Origin: Podarcis vaucheri
Taxonomy: Eukaryota
Reading direction: 5' to 3' (one strand)
NCBI GenBank assembly: GCA_965113315.1
Contig: OZ220364.1
Length of the DNA: 64,000 bases
Both the position numbers and the translations under genes were made by a program. The first letter of the stretch is position 1. Every line of letters starts with the position of its first letter. The notes under the pieces were generated by a model, which did not search any database, was not told where the DNA came from, and worked only from the letters and a program-made list of their open reading frames with translations. Shown here one piece after another: positions 1 through 13,842 of this stretch.

Positions 1-496
1 GTCCCACAATTAGTGGCAACAGTATGGCATGGAATCTTTATTTCAATCTTAGTGGGAAGTGTAGAGATAATCCCCTTCCACCGCAGGTTGTCTTTACAGT
101 GAGAATTGCTCCTATAATTAGTGAAGAAAAAACAATATGCATAACAACCTACAATCTATTTAAGTGCCTACTAGTTTGGCTTAGCCAGCCACACTCCAAA
201 GACTCAAGCATAGATATATCCTAGCCCAGCTATTGGAGAAGCTTCAAATGGAGATGCCTGGGACATATCACAGGAAAAGCATATGCTTTGTCATTGAGCT
301 ATGAACCCTATCTTCCAACATCAGTGCTGAGGTATGTGCTGTTTGTGTATGAGGGGCCAGCTTCAATCCTAGCATCTCTAAAGACCTCAACCTGAGACCA
401 TTGATTGCTGACAACTCTGCTGTAGGTCAACCACTGGACTACCTCATTTTAAGGCTGCTTCTTGTAACCTACGTCTTATACTCACACGTAAATCCA

Positions 497-679
497 GGGG
501 GAAGGGACGTAGCTAAATGGAAGAGCATCTGCCATGCATGCAGAAAGCCCCAGGTTAAATCGCCAGGTAAGCCTAGGAAGGACACCTGCATGAAACCCCC
601 AAGAGCTTCTGCCAGTTAGTGCAGACAATACTGACCTTGATGGATCAAAGGTCTGACTCAGTGGCCTGGTTCTCATGTT
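497..679 (+). mobile_element. tRNA-derived squamate SINE (diverged)
   Basis: tRNA-like head GGGGAAGGGACGTAGCT...CCCAGGTT; body GCCAGTTAGTGCAGACAATACTGA...GGTCTGACTCAGT shared with other copies in the window. Confidence 0.65.
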
Positions 680-1116
680 ACACTATGTCAAACTCTGGTT
701 TAATGTGTACATGTAAGTGCACAGGTACTCAGGGAGGAGAGTGGCCATTTAGCTCATCTGCAAAGATACAGGTTTATTGAATAACAACCTCACTATCAGT
801 TGAGGTAGTTAGAGGTAGTATTGGTAGTTAGAGTGACAGTTGTAGTCGTTGTGAATGAGCCAGATTTCCTTGTGATCACATCTGAGGGATTCCTGTACCT
901 AAGAATTCAGGAGGCATCAAGGTGGATTGTTCTTACACCACATACTTGGTTCAGCTTGCCCATTCCTGTGTTGTTGGGCCAACTTATTATGAGGCTACCT
1001 TCCAAGCATTGATTTAGGAGCCTTGCTTTAAGGCCTATTCTGAATGGTTTCCATGCAAAATGTGTTCCTTTATGTTACCATCTTATAACTTCACCCTTTC
1101 TGTCTTCCTCCTGCAG

Positions 1117-1220
1117 AGTAACGATGCCTCAGGGAGCGCTTGGAACTGGCTATACTTCATCCCCCTCATCATCATTGGATCCTTTTTTATGCTCAACCTT
1201 GTGCTGGGGGTGCTTTCTGG
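1117..1220 (+). CDS. CACNA1A: exon 7 (domain I pore exit and S6: [35 protein letters not shown])
   Basis: ctgcag| acceptor, |gtaagt donor, 104 nt, IS6 translation. Confidence 0.96.
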
Positions 1221-1353
1221 GTAAGTATGTAGCACACCTGTCCTAGACAGAGCTTGGAATTGCCTTTCTCAGCCCTGCAAATGAAATGAAGTTTAGCAGC
1301 AACTGAACACCATGACAGGGTTCATTTCTACCTTTGATCTTCAAGCACTCACT

Positions 1354-1398
1354 GTGTAGCTCTGTGTCTTGATTTGGTGTAGCTCTGTGTCTTGATTT
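1354..1398. repeat. short tandem duplication (22-nt unit x2, 23-bp period)
   Basis: GTGTAGCTCTGTGTCTTGATTT at 1354-1375 and 1377-1398. Confidence 0.85.
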
Positions 1399-1576
1399 TG
1401 TTTCTCTTCTGTGCCATTCTTTACAGAGAATAAGGCTATCAGTGGCTAGTAGTCATAATGACAGTGTACTACTTCCAGTAACAAAGGCAATATGTCTCTG
1501 AATACCAGTTGCTGAGGATCACAAACAAGAGAGTGCTGTTGCACAAACATCTTGCTTGTGGACTTCCCAGAGGCAT

Positions 1577-1870
1577 TGTTGTTGTTATATTTGTACCCTG
1601 CCCATCTGACAGGGTTGCCCAAGTCACTCTGGTTGGCTTCCAACAGATATAAAACATAATAAAACACCAAACATTAAAAGCTTCCCTATACAGGACAGCC
1701 TTCAGATGTCTTCCAAAAATTGCATAGTTATTTATCTCCTTGACATCTGATGGGATGGCATTCCACAAGGTGGGTGCCACTACCGAGAAGGCCTTCTGCC
1801 TGGTTCCCTGTAACTTCACTTCTCGCAGTGAAGGAACCGCCAGAAGGCCCTTTGAGCTGGATCTCAGTGT
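1577..1870 (-). mobile_element. L2-type LINE 3' fragment
   Basis: minus ORF 1469..1819 contains RQKAFSVVAPTLWNAIP, typical of the L2 RT C-terminus; (AAC)n tail; same 3' UTR at 33195-33385. Confidence 0.75.
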
Positions 1871-2009
1871 CTGAGCTGTACAATGTGGAGTGGAGCTATT
1901 TCTTCAGGTATGCATCTGATTGGCCATTGTGGGAAAAGAAGTCTAGACTACATAGGCCTTTGGTCTGATCCAGAAGGGTTCTTCTTATCTCTTCTTATTC
2001 CTCTTGTGA

Positions 2010-2381
<372 letters not shown>

Positions 2382-4047
2382 TGATTTCTCAGCTTTGCCT
2401 TATGGGAAACTCCCACAATCTTGCCTGTCTCTGTAGCAGAGACTGACTGGTGTGTTAAGCCAGGCTCTGAGCTGTGTACATGTGAACATGAAGTTTATCA
2501 AAAAGTGCTTCAGACCTACCATAAAAAACAAGTGGGGGAGAGATTTTGTGTTAATAGTTGCTATTTACTTATTTCACTGAATGAGGCTTTTGTTAGATAA
2601 AATTGTAATTTTGTCTAATACATGAAAAGTTTCCAGCTTTTAAGAAACATCTCAGTTTTGTAGTTTTGCTTTTGGGATCTTAGAGGGTGAACTTGAAGAG
2701 TTGTTTGTTGAAGTTTTGTTCTGAGAAAAATATATTTGACTCTTTCAGCTGAATATTTCAATTTCAGTGAATTAATCAAATCAGTTTAACTTGCTGCTTG
2801 TTGCTTATAATGATTACTTACTGCTTATAATATTATGTACTAGTTATAAGGGTAAAACAGAAATAAATTCAGTATAAATATTTTGATTTGGAAGTATCTG
2901 GTTCAGAAAGCCTCTGAAAACAGAAGCCAAATTTTATGTATCTTTTAATCACTGCTGTAATTGTGGATGAATCAGAGGACTTCATGAACCCTAATAAGGG
3001 CCAGACTATTTGTGATGTGATTGTCCATGATCTGGATCTTCTCTTTTTAATGTGTTTGTTTTTTACTTGTCTGGAGCTGCTAATTCAATCAGGGGGAAAG
3101 CACTTGAAGAAGGGAGTGTTTAACCCTTTCCTCCCACACCCTTCCCCAAACTAAATTCTTCCCCCAAGCTGTTCTTGGCTTCCAAAGTTCGGGGAGACAT
3201 GCTTAGTATCTGTGCCTGTGTTTCTGTACACCTCTGTGTAGCTAATAGCTGCGCTAGAGTTGAAGATGTTATTTAAAGAATGGAAATGGTGTGGGAGAAA
3301 AGGGTTGAAAACTACCTATACAACAGTACTTCGCCAATCAAATTCATAGCCTCACATTGTTACACTGATCTCCTTATTTGTGTCTAGTGTGACCTGCATA
3401 TAATGCACTGAGCTGAGATTCTACTTTGTGAGTCTAGTGACAGAATCAGCGACCATGGTGCATGTCACACTAGGATGGGTGCTGATGGGCACTGAATGTG
3501 GACATCAAATGACATGCCTTCCTAGGATTTTGTTTGGGTCAGGGGTGCATAGTTATCCATATACAACTTGCAGCAGAATTCTTGTCTCTGCACAGCAGAT
3601 CTAAGAAATCTCAGGTTGTGTGCACTGTTCACAGCACAGCACAGATAGAGAAGTGATGTCAATGTACGTAAACCCTTGCCATTTGCCTTGCACTGACCAG
3701 CGCAGCGTATGGGTGGTCACCCCTTAGTTTCATGAGTGGTATTAAAAATATATACAATATGTGTATAATAGGGAGACATTTTGAGAATTCCTGTGATACA
3801 TATTCGGGTATTTGTAAAAACATCCCCAAGGCCAAATAAGAAAGCTGCCCTTCCTTTCACAGGTTCCTGCCCAAGTTAGTTTGTTCACTTGGCTTCTCTT
3901 TTCATTGCATGAGAGGTGGGTTTCTTAGGGCAACAGTCTGCCCAAACATGTTCTGGAGCTACCCATCTCTTCTTTGATGCATTTGCCTCACTTGCCTCCT
4001 GCAAAGCTTAATGCCGCCCATAGTTTAATTTCGCACATTTGTCTTAG

Positions 4048-4104
4048 AAGAAGTGATCCTGGCTGAAGATGATCTAGAAGGAGAGCCTCGTCACCCCTTT
4101 GATG
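4048..4104 (+). CDS. CACNA1A: exon 9 (EEVILAEDDLEGEPRHPFD)
   Basis: tcttag| acceptor, |gtaagc donor, 57 nt. Confidence 0.93.
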
Positions 4105-6045
4105 GTAAGCCACCGTCTTCTACAGACTATTTTATGCGGGAGCAGGAGGGAAGCAGCAAGCTAGCAGTCACATTGGGATGTGGGCTTGATCTACTTTGAT
4201 TATGGACTGTATAAGGATTGTTACATTCAAGCAATGGAAATACAGCAACTGTGGTTAACTGGGCCATGAGCCTGAAAACAATAGCTGAAAATCATACAAA
4301 AATTATGGCTTATCCCAACACGTGGTATCATTGTAGAAAGATCTTCTACCCTAGTAGAGGGACCTGTTTTTTCTGCTGGTGTGGTAAAGTGGATAGACTA
4401 AAGGGCTTGGAGACCTAGGTCCGTACCTTAGATCAGTCATGAAATTAGGGCCAAATGTTACTTGCAAGTGTGTGTTTGTAAATCTTTGTGACTGCTTTAT
4501 TTATGGTAAAGCAGGTTCAAGAAGGAGCAATTACAGGTGGGAAGGTGTGGATAAATGTTAATTCTCTCCTTACTTGCTATTTTCCCACTCCAGATGCTTG
4601 TTTACCCTTGTATATCTTTAACCCTTCAGGATGTAAAGTTCCTTAAGGGTATAGTTGCGGGTGATTTGGAGGGGGAAATTGTGCGTAAAAATGGTTTAAA
4701 CTTCCTCTCCTTGCTTTTACCTCTCTGAATTACTGCCTTTCAAATATGCTTTTCCACAAACAAAGGACTGTCAGGGTTTTTAAAAAGGATGTTAACACGC
4801 AGCATCTAGGTTGGTCCTCAGTAGGTGAGCAGGGAATTGAAAGTGGTTCGGTCTACTTTGCTTCCACTTGCTCCCAATTAGGTGAGTGGGGAAAGAGCAT
4901 GAACTATGGGGTCACCAATGTGGTGCCTACAGGCCCTTGAAATTTTGCTGGTGTCCACAAAGCCTCTGAGATCTCACCTGCTCTTGCTCCATATCTCCTT
5001 CACCATGAGGTGGAGAGAGGGATTACCTTTCCCATCCTTGAGAAGAACATATACTGGTAGCTGAAGGGGGGAGCAGGAAGGCTATTGTTCTTTCCCCCTT
5101 TCTTTTTCAGTTTGAAGTGCTTGTTCAAGGTTCAGTTCAGAGCCTGGTTGCTGAACAGAAAGCAGATTAAGCCAAAATGTAGAGGGAGAGGGCAGGAGGG
5201 AAAGGGGAACAAACTGGAAGACTGCGGAGAGGAAAATCAAGTTGCTAGACAGGGAGGGGAAAAGAGAGAGAGAGAAGGCATGTGTGCTCGCTTATGAGTG
5301 TGTGCGCACACACACTGGATCCAATAAAACGGGCCTTCCTGGAACTGCATACTTTCCTGATAGGTTCCCCTCCTTAAAGCCACTATCAAGTCACAGATCA
5401 GGTCTGCTTCATTGGCTGAACTATAAAAATAATGGATACAGTTCTTTCCAGCTGTGTCAAAGATACCTGGATCCAATACATTAAATGTTATGGACAAGCA
5501 TATTTTTAAATGTATGTATATATTTCATAAAATTTGTACATCACTTGATTGTAATTCCCTCAAAACTGCCATCAAATCATAGGCCACACCTGTGTCCCAA
5601 AATGTGTTCTGTGATTTGTTAGTAGTCTTGGTGTCATCCTATGTAAAAATCACGAGGGTCCATGAGGATCTGTGCCCTGGATAAGAGTTTCTGTGGTGCT
5701 GGTAAGCACCAGAAAAGTGATTTTTACTGTGCAGGCCACCAATCTAAGCTTTAGTTTGATGATGGGTTATTTGGGGACCCCATGTAAAACCATTCAATTT
5801 CAGGAAGGTCTGTTTTAATTCTAATGGATCTGACTTTTTCCCAGATCTCATGGAAAAGTAAAGTCTGCCTACATGCACACATCTGGGGATGGAGATTTAC
5901 CAAGAGAGGGAGGTGGGAAAGAAATAACCAGAGGGGTTGGTCCCCACAGCACTCTGTCAAAACTCCAACTGTGTTAACAGGCCCAAAAATGTTGGTAGCC
6001 TGAGGTAGGCTGTGGTGATCTCTGTGCCCTTTTCACTGCTTAGAT

Positions 6046-6377
6046 CAGGAGTGGGAAACATTTCTCAACCTGTTGGTTGCATTTCTTCACGGTCAGCCGT
6101 GTCAGCCGGTAGGTGGCGCAATAAGTGAGCCTCTTCTTTTTATACAGTAGAGTTTATTCCAGCCACATGCAACAGCAGAGGTTTCTATACCTCCTCCCCA
6201 TTTTTCCATCCTCCAAGCAAGCAAGAGCCATGAAGACATTTTCCAGGTAGGGAAAAGGGCTTGAGGAGGAGGCAAAGCAGGACTGGTGATTGGTGCAGCA
6301 TGTGGAGATTCCCGAGGGTCAGATGGAGAGGGCTAGAGAGCCATAGGCAGCCTCTGGGCCTGAATATCACCACCCTG
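6046..6377. mobile_element. hAT-like non-autonomous DNA transposon
   Basis: CAGG...CCTG termini; 8-bp TSD GCTTAGAT (6038-6045) / GCTTAGGT (6378-6385); internal similarity to 8746-9038. Confidence 0.65.
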
Positions 6378-6521
6378 GCTTAGGTACTCTATATTAGGTG
6401 GTTTATAAATTCTTAAAACAAAGTAAGTAAAAATAAATAAATATCTTTTGATTCTGATGAGTCTAATCAAGGGACCTTGAGGATAATGTCTGTTTTTCTT
6501 GCGGTGTTCCTATTGTTGGAG

Positions 6522-6611
6522 CTCTTCGGAGGGCCACAATCAAGAAAAGCAAGACAGATCTGCTGAACCCAGAGGAAGCAGATGACCCGCTGGCTGACAT
6601 CTCCTCAGTGG
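6522..6611 (+). CDS. CACNA1A: exon 10 ([30 protein letters not shown]); alternative starts at 6516 (+VG) or 6519 (+G)
   Basis: tattgttggag| acceptor, |gtaagt donor, 90 nt. Confidence 0.93.
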
Positions 6612-7519
6612 GTAAGTCAAATAGGCATGGTGGGGGGGGGTGAGGTGCAAGAGTCCCCTACCGTTTCAGACTCGGTGCCTACCATTCATCCAGACATACA
6701 TTTGGGGACCTACTTACTCATTCGTTACCATCTATGTGTATGATGCTCATCTTTGTTGCTACTTACCCAAGGTCAGGGCATGGCCCCGTAGCAAGTCTTG
6801 GTCCACTAGCAGAAGAACAGTGTGAGGGCCATTCCCTAGGAGGAGGCTTAAAATACATAACTAAGTAAATGTAAATGTTAGCAGACTGCAACAAATGTGT
6901 GTTTGGCCACATGCAAGGGCTGCTGCTCTGTCAGAGACCCGATCACGTTTCTAGTGCTGCTCCTTATAACAAGCAGCAGTTACTGTACCCATTGGCATTC
7001 TTAATTGCAAGTCTGCAACCACTAGCACCTTCTGTGGAATCTTGTCAGTCTTTCTATTGCATAGGACAGTGCTTGGAAGGCAGACAGTGAATGACAGGCC
7101 ACCATATTGCTTCTTGCACACTGTTTACTTCAGAAGTGTGGCTGCTGTTGGTGGCCGCATACCAGGCCAGGGAGGCCTTTGCTGTCATGCTTAATAGAAG
7201 TTCTTTGGCTATGACCAGCATCAAATATCTTGTGAGCAGCAAAGAAGGCGCACCTGGTGATCCTCTTCAGGACAAATGTAGCTGATGAGGCCACGCTCTG
7301 TAAAGATGAGAAGACTTCTTCCTAATAGAAGGCTATAGCTGGTTATGCCTATTGAGGATCGAGATGAAACCTTACTGGCAATGAGATATATTCTACATCT
7401 ACCTAGTGCAGGGCCAGAGACTTTCCTGTGGTACTTTATGTGCTGTCATTGTCACAGAAAGGATACTGGGTTGGATAGACCACAGGGTTGAGCCAGTTTG
7501 GGTAGGTTAAATGCCCTAA

Positions 7520-7774
<255 letters not shown>

Positions 7775-8745
7775 TAGAGCCCCTGTACTTTCATTTTACA
7801 TGGGGAGCCCTCCTGATCCTTGTCTAGTGGGAGTTAGGGAAGCTTGTTCAGTTTTTACTATAATAGGCCCATCCTCCTTTAGCCATGGACATTTATCAGA
7901 GGCATACCCAGTTACAAGACAGTGATAATGGGTTCTGTATGAGTCCATGTGATTAAACTCTCTTTTAAAGTTAGCATCTGTATTAACTTCAACTCCTGGA
8001 TATTGTTTTTTGGTTTTATTTATTTTTATTTATACTCAAATATATTTTAATTCAGAAGGTATCCTTTGATCTCTGCTATGGGAAGGAAATTGCTGTATAA
8101 TACATCACCATATTATGTTGAACCTCTCTTTTAAATCTGGTTCCACCTTTACCAACAGACTGAAGAAAAGCAATGCTCAGCAGCAATAAAGAGCATTAGT
8201 GCGGAAACAACCCATTTTTAGTCTTCCGTTCACAGGATTTTACTTTATTTTAATTTTGGTATGGAGGAGCATTCAGTCATGTGACTCCCACCTGCAGTCT
8301 GAAGGAATACAGCCCAGTCCCAAATTTACCAACCTCAATGAGAACTAGGTCATGAAGATGTATGACTTCTGGATTATATTTTTTAATTCTGACAGGAAGA
8401 TTGCTGTTTGATCACTATTTTAAGACCATTTATGCCTTCTAGGTTGTGTGTCACTACCCTGCCGCCCCAGGAGTCCTTTCCTGTGCTGGGCTGGAAGAGC
8501 ATCATAATTCTGATGGGGGTCTATTTCTTTATCTCAGCACTTATTGCTACAGCAGATGATAATTGCTGATGTTTCTCAGTTCATGAGAAAGAAATCTAAG
8601 CTTGTTGTGATGCAAGGAAATTGTCAACAAAGTCTCCTATGCTATGCATGCTTACTTGGGAGTACGTCTCATTGAGCTCAACAGGACTTACTTTTCAGTA
8701 AGCCTGTATAGGATTGTGCTGTAAGGGACCTTTCATGTTCTAGAG

Positions 8746-9038
8746 CAGGGGTGGTGAACCTTTTTCAGCCTGAAGGCTGCCCACTGCAATCTGGGCATCC
8801 TTCCAAGGACCACATGCCAGTGGTGGGCAGGGCCAGGAAGGAGGGAGTAATAAATGTAATTTTTACCTTTCTACAGTAGGCTAGTTTCCATACACCCTCA
8901 AACACCTCTCTGTCTTCTCCATTCAGGTGAGCAAGAGGCATGATCAGAGTTCAAGGATGCATTCCATCCAAGCAAAAACCCCAAGGGCCAGAAAGAGAGG
9001 CCAGCTTTGGGCCCTGAGCTTGCAGTTTCCCACCCCTG
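8746..9038. mobile_element. hAT-like non-autonomous DNA transposon (related to 6046-6377)
   Basis: CAGGGGTG...CACCCCTG terminal inverted repeats; degenerate nTCTAnnG target site. Confidence 0.6.
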
Positions 9039-9301
9039 GTCTATTGCGCTTAGGTTCTCCATAGGATCCTTCTAGGCCTCTAGTAGGTGTTAGCAGTTTT
9101 TCAAACAATAACTACTATGTGTTTTGGCTTCTTTCATCTAGGGGACACCAAGAGAGGCTGCTTCTGTTTAATAAGGTGGGGGATCATTAAAGGTTGAGTG
9201 AGGTGTGGTTCGTGCTCTGGAAACAGATGGGGGGTCATTTTGTCATATGGAAGAGCTTGGCTCTGACCCTGTACCTCTCCCTATTTCTCTGTTTGTTTCA
9301 G

Positions 9302-9414
9302 ACTATGCAGAATTCATTTTCTTAGGGCTCTTTATGTCCGAAATGTTTATAAAAATGTATGGGCTCGGAACGCGGCCTTACTTTCACTCATCCTTCAACT
9401 GCTTCGACTGTGCT
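9302..9414 (+). CDS. CACNA1A: exon 12 (IIS2: [38 protein letters not shown])
   Basis: tttcag| / |gtaagt, 113 nt. Confidence 0.96.
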
Positions 9415-9804
9415 GTAAGTCTCTCTGACATGACAGGACTTCTCTTGTTGCCTGCTCTAGTATCAGACTACAACCACTCTCTTAGATCATGCGCTCAGCT
9501 ACGTAGGTGAAGGCACACTAGCATGCAGATGAGCCAGCTCTCTCATGAACATCTTTGCTCCAGATGTTATTGGGAAGTATCCCATACCCACAAAACATAA
9601 GCCTGTCCCTGTGGAATGGTCCCAGGTGTAGCCAAGTCCACCATGAAGTACTGTACTACTGACACCATTGTTGTGCTTTTGTTGCCAGTTGGAGTTTTAA
9701 CATCAGGGTGAATTGTGCATTATGAACTCTACTTTTAATAGATATCAATCTTGAATTGCTTTTAGCAATGAATAACAGTATAGAAGTGCAATAAATAAAA
9801 AAAT

Positions 9805-9854
9805 TAGATAAAATAGATAGATGATAGATATAGATGATAGATAGATAGATAGAT

Positions 9855-9905
<51 letters not shown>
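9805..9905. repeat. (GATA)n microsatellite
   Basis: direct reading. Confidence 0.95.
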
Positions 9906-10419
9906 TCAGATGGTTCCTAACAAATCTAGGATTTACTGACCCTGCTGCTTGACCTACTTGGGTAGCAAAATCACCTTTTGCTTTGGTTATCTATATGACT
10001 GGAGGCTGCATCTTGCATCATGATATATTTACAAACTGGATGTGCTCTCACATTGAAGCCAGGTTTGTCCATTCTCAAAACTTGAGCTTGAACAGCTTGA
10101 TTACTGTTTGAACCCTGCCAGCCAAGACACCAGGTGTTCAAGAAACAGTAACAAAAAGCAACTTCCTGCTCACAGCCAATATTATGATTAGGTATGTCTA
10201 TTGTGATTAGGTATGTCTGACATATGTTTTGAACTTTTATGCTTAGCGATCCTAAGTCTAATTGTGGAGTGAGCAGATGCAATGTGTTATTATTATATGG
10301 CAGCTGCAGAAAGCTTTGTGTTTGCTGCATGTTTATGAGCCGGAGTTAGGATTACCAGATGTCTAGGATTTTAGCAAGATGATGCATTTTTAAATGCCAC
10401 AGCTTCATGCTGTTCTTAT

Positions 10420-10600
10420 TTTTCAAATCTTGATATTTGCCCATCTAGTCTAGTGCTGTCTCTTCTAACTGGCAGCAGCTCTCTAGGGTTTCAGGCATAG
10501 GTCTCATCCATCACCAGATATCCAATCCTTTTGCCTGGAGGTGCCAGGGACTGAACCTGTGGTCTTCTACACATAAGGCATGTGCTATAGGCACTCTCCC
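10420..10600 (-). mobile_element. tRNA-derived SINE, same family as 497-679
   Basis: reverse-complement similarity; boundaries approximate. Confidence 0.55.
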
Positions 10601-10741
10601 TATGCATATGGAGTATACAGGCTTAAGTAGATGGATGAGTAATCCTCTGTGTGTGTCTGTGTCCATGAATGCTGGCAAAAATTGTCTAAAGCATAGCCTA
10701 TAATAGTGTGTTACTAACCTCATTGACTTGGTTTTTGGTAG

Positions 10742-10855
<114 letters not shown>

Positions 10856-11001
10856 TAAGTTGTTGTTGTTGTTTTATATCAGTGCCCTAAGTGTATGTGC
10901 ATGAATTAATTGGCAGGAAGACTGAGTGTGCTGTTTGTTCGTGTCCCAACATGTGCTTACTTGTGCAGTTGTGTGTGTGTACACAGTGTTGCATACAAAT
11001 A

Positions 11002-11243
11002 CAGCGGTACCTCAGGTTACATACGCTTCAGGTTACATACGCTTCAGGTTACAGACTCCGCTAACCCAAAAATAGTACCTCGGGTTAAGAACTTTGCTTC
11101 AGGATGAGAACAGAAATCGTGCTCTGGTGGCGCAGCGGCAGCAGGAAGCCCCATTAGCTAAAGTGGTGCTTCAGGTTAAGAACAGTTTCAGGTTAAGAAT
11201 GGACCTCCGGAATGAATTAAGTACTTAACCCGAGGTACCACTG
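11002..11243. mobile_element. Tc1/mariner-pogo-type MITE
   Basis: TA TSDs (11000-11001, 11244-11245); TIR CAGYGGTACCTCRGGTTA; internal 17-bp tandem CAGGTTACATACGCTT. Confidence 0.9.
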
Positions 11244-11941
11244 TATGTATATGTTCTTACACACTGGAAATCTGCAATTTGTTCTGCAAGCATATATTTT
11301 ACATTGTCAAAAACAAATAATTATTTAGAGCAATTGAAATATCTAAATTTAGCTTAAGAAGGTATCTTCTTCCTGCTGCATCTATAAGAACAACTTTCTG
11401 CATATATTTACAATGAAACTGCGATCTGCAGAATGTTCCTTTCACTGCTGAAACTGCCACGTCCTCTGTGTCCAAAGGGAGAGGCATTTGGATGGAAGCG
11501 AAATATCAAACAAATAAAATAAACAATCCTTTTTTTGATGGTTTGCTTCAGCCTATCTAAAAAGGAATCTTCAGCTAGCAGGCAGCAGAAGCTAAATACC
11601 GTTGGAGTGTACATCAGTTTAAGAAAAACCAGGAAGCATTAACGTGCTTGGTGGAAGCCATCTGTATATGGATCAGGAGATCGCTGCCTTTGTATATAGT
11701 CATTAATTTCTCTAACAGTAAAGATGACTTTACAAGATGACCACAGTTGCATTTCCCTGTAAAAACTGGCATATAAAAATTTGCTGTAAATATACTGTTG
11801 CTGGGTTACCCAAAGCATGGAGATGAAGCAAAGGATGTCACTATAAGTTAGGACTGGCAGAAGTCTTATGGAATGAAAAGAATTTAGGAAATAATATTGA
11901 ATTTGAATTGTTTGCAATAGAAAAGGCAGAGAAAATGTTGC

Positions 11942-12149
11942 AGAGGAGCCGTGCTTAGAACATTGGACTGGCACCAGAGAAACTCAGGTTCAGATCCCCT
12001 CTCTGCCATGTAGTTCTCTGGATGTCTTTGAGTTAGTCTTTGTCTCCTCACCTGACCTACTTTGGAAGGTTTTTGTAAGGATAAAATGGAAGAGAGAGAA
12101 CTATATACGTTGCCCCAAGCTACTTGGAGGAAGGGTAAGGTAAAAATGT
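11942..12149 (+). mobile_element. MIR/Ther1-like CORE SINE, diverged
   Basis: B-box-like GGTTCAGATCCC, CORE-like ACCTAC...GGTT...GTAAGGATAAAATG; inverse copy at 56215-56578. Confidence 0.55.
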
Positions 12150-12182
12150 CACTAGTCCACCTTTTAAAAAAATTAAAAATTG

Positions 12183-12284
12183 TCCAGTAGCACCTTAGAG
12201 ACCAACTAAGTTTGTTCTGGGTATAAGCTTTTGTGTGCATGCACACTTCTTCAGATATCTACAGATTCTTCTTCTTCAGATATC
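12183..12284 (-). mobile_element. Penelope-like element terminal fragment with mutated hammerhead motif
   Basis: reverse complement of the 20012-20100 sequence family; hammerhead GAAA reads AAAA. Confidence 0.75.
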
Positions 12285-12613
12285 CCTACCTGAATCTAGC
12301 CCCCCTTTAGTTACTGCCAGTACCCAAAACAGGTCAGAACAAGTGGTTCAGTAGTAAAACAAAACAAGACAAAACCTCTATCTTATCAAGAGTTGCAGTT
12401 GCAGGTCGTCGACATATCCAAATTACCAACAATATGCAAGAAAATGTTATTTTGTATTAATTATTGTGGATTACACATATATTGTTTGTAGCAGCTGAAG
12501 CTAGCTAAATTATGATCTTGCATCCTGACAGCCTTCACCAGGCCTGAGTGGAAATATCCTTTCTATCATGTGACCCCTGGAATGAATGTTTGCTTTATGA
12601 TGTGTGGCCCTAG

Positions 12614-12790
<177 letters not shown>

Positions 12791-13548
12791 TGAGTAATGG
12801 GAAAAGCCGGGGGGGAGGGGTTGACATTTCCTACAACATCCTTAGAGTGAATACTTGGGCCCTGTTCGGATGACACAATAATGGCCTTTGAAACCATGGT
12901 TAAGGTTTGTACCTGCACACTCCCTCCTGCCCCTTGCCTCCCTGCTTTCTGTATCCTCTTTGATGTTAATATCCTGACTTGTTAAACTACCTTTTTTCAT
13001 GATGTCATTCATGATATCAGATCCTGATTTCATAGCCTACTTTGTAGGCAGTGCTTAAACCACAGTTGACTGGTTCACATGTCACAAGAAACTGTGGTTT
13101 AACAAGCCATGCTGTAAGCACTAATACTCAAGGGGGGATGGGGAAAGCACAGGCACAAAGCTTGCTACAGCTTGCATAAACTATGGTCTATCAGATGAGG
13201 ATTGTGGTGTCTGAACCCATCCCAAGTCTTGGGCATTGTTCCACTTGGGCATCACACTAACTCATCACAACTCATTTTGGTAATAGGAAGAGCTGGAGTA
13301 CGCAGATACTCATATCTGTAGTAATATAGAAGTATTCCACACATCCATGCATGCACATACACACATAGCCAGAATCTTTACGGTCTTTCTAGAAAGCTCC
13401 TGCTTTTGATCAGCTTTAGAATGGAGAAATCAAATAGGGAATCAATAAGCTAGGGTTCCTCTCCAGTTTCTTCTAGGGACCCTGATGCTAGATACTCATC
13501 TCTGCCCACAGCTACAATGTTTTTGCTAGACTTGGAGAGTCTGTGATG

Positions 13549-13571
13549 TCTCTCTCTCTCTTTCTCTCTCT

Positions 13572-13607
<36 letters not shown>
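13549..13607. repeat. compound (CT)n(CA)n microsatellite
   Basis: direct reading. Confidence 0.95.
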
Positions 13608-13609
<2 letters not shown>

Positions 13610-13769
13610 TCAAGATTCACACAACTGCCCACATTTCTGTGGTATCTGCAGTTCCTTTAGCAGATAAAGCCAGGATTTGGATGCGAGCTGACTAAGATGG
13701 AAAGAGCTGAAGTACCTTAGGATCTGTAACTAACATCTCTGTTTCTGTTGGATTGTTTCTCTTCCTCAG

Positions 13770-13842
13770 GTTCAATTTTGACGATGGAACCCCTCCGACC
13801 AACTTTGACACTTTCCCAGCAGCAATAATGACAGTATTTCAG
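13770..13842 (+). CDS. CACNA1A: exon 15 ([24 protein letters not shown])
   Basis: cctcag| / |gtatgc, 73 nt. Confidence 0.96.

Noticed and set aside
1469-1819. 116-aa minus ORF
   Set aside because: C-terminal remnant of an L2 LINE ORF, not a host gene.
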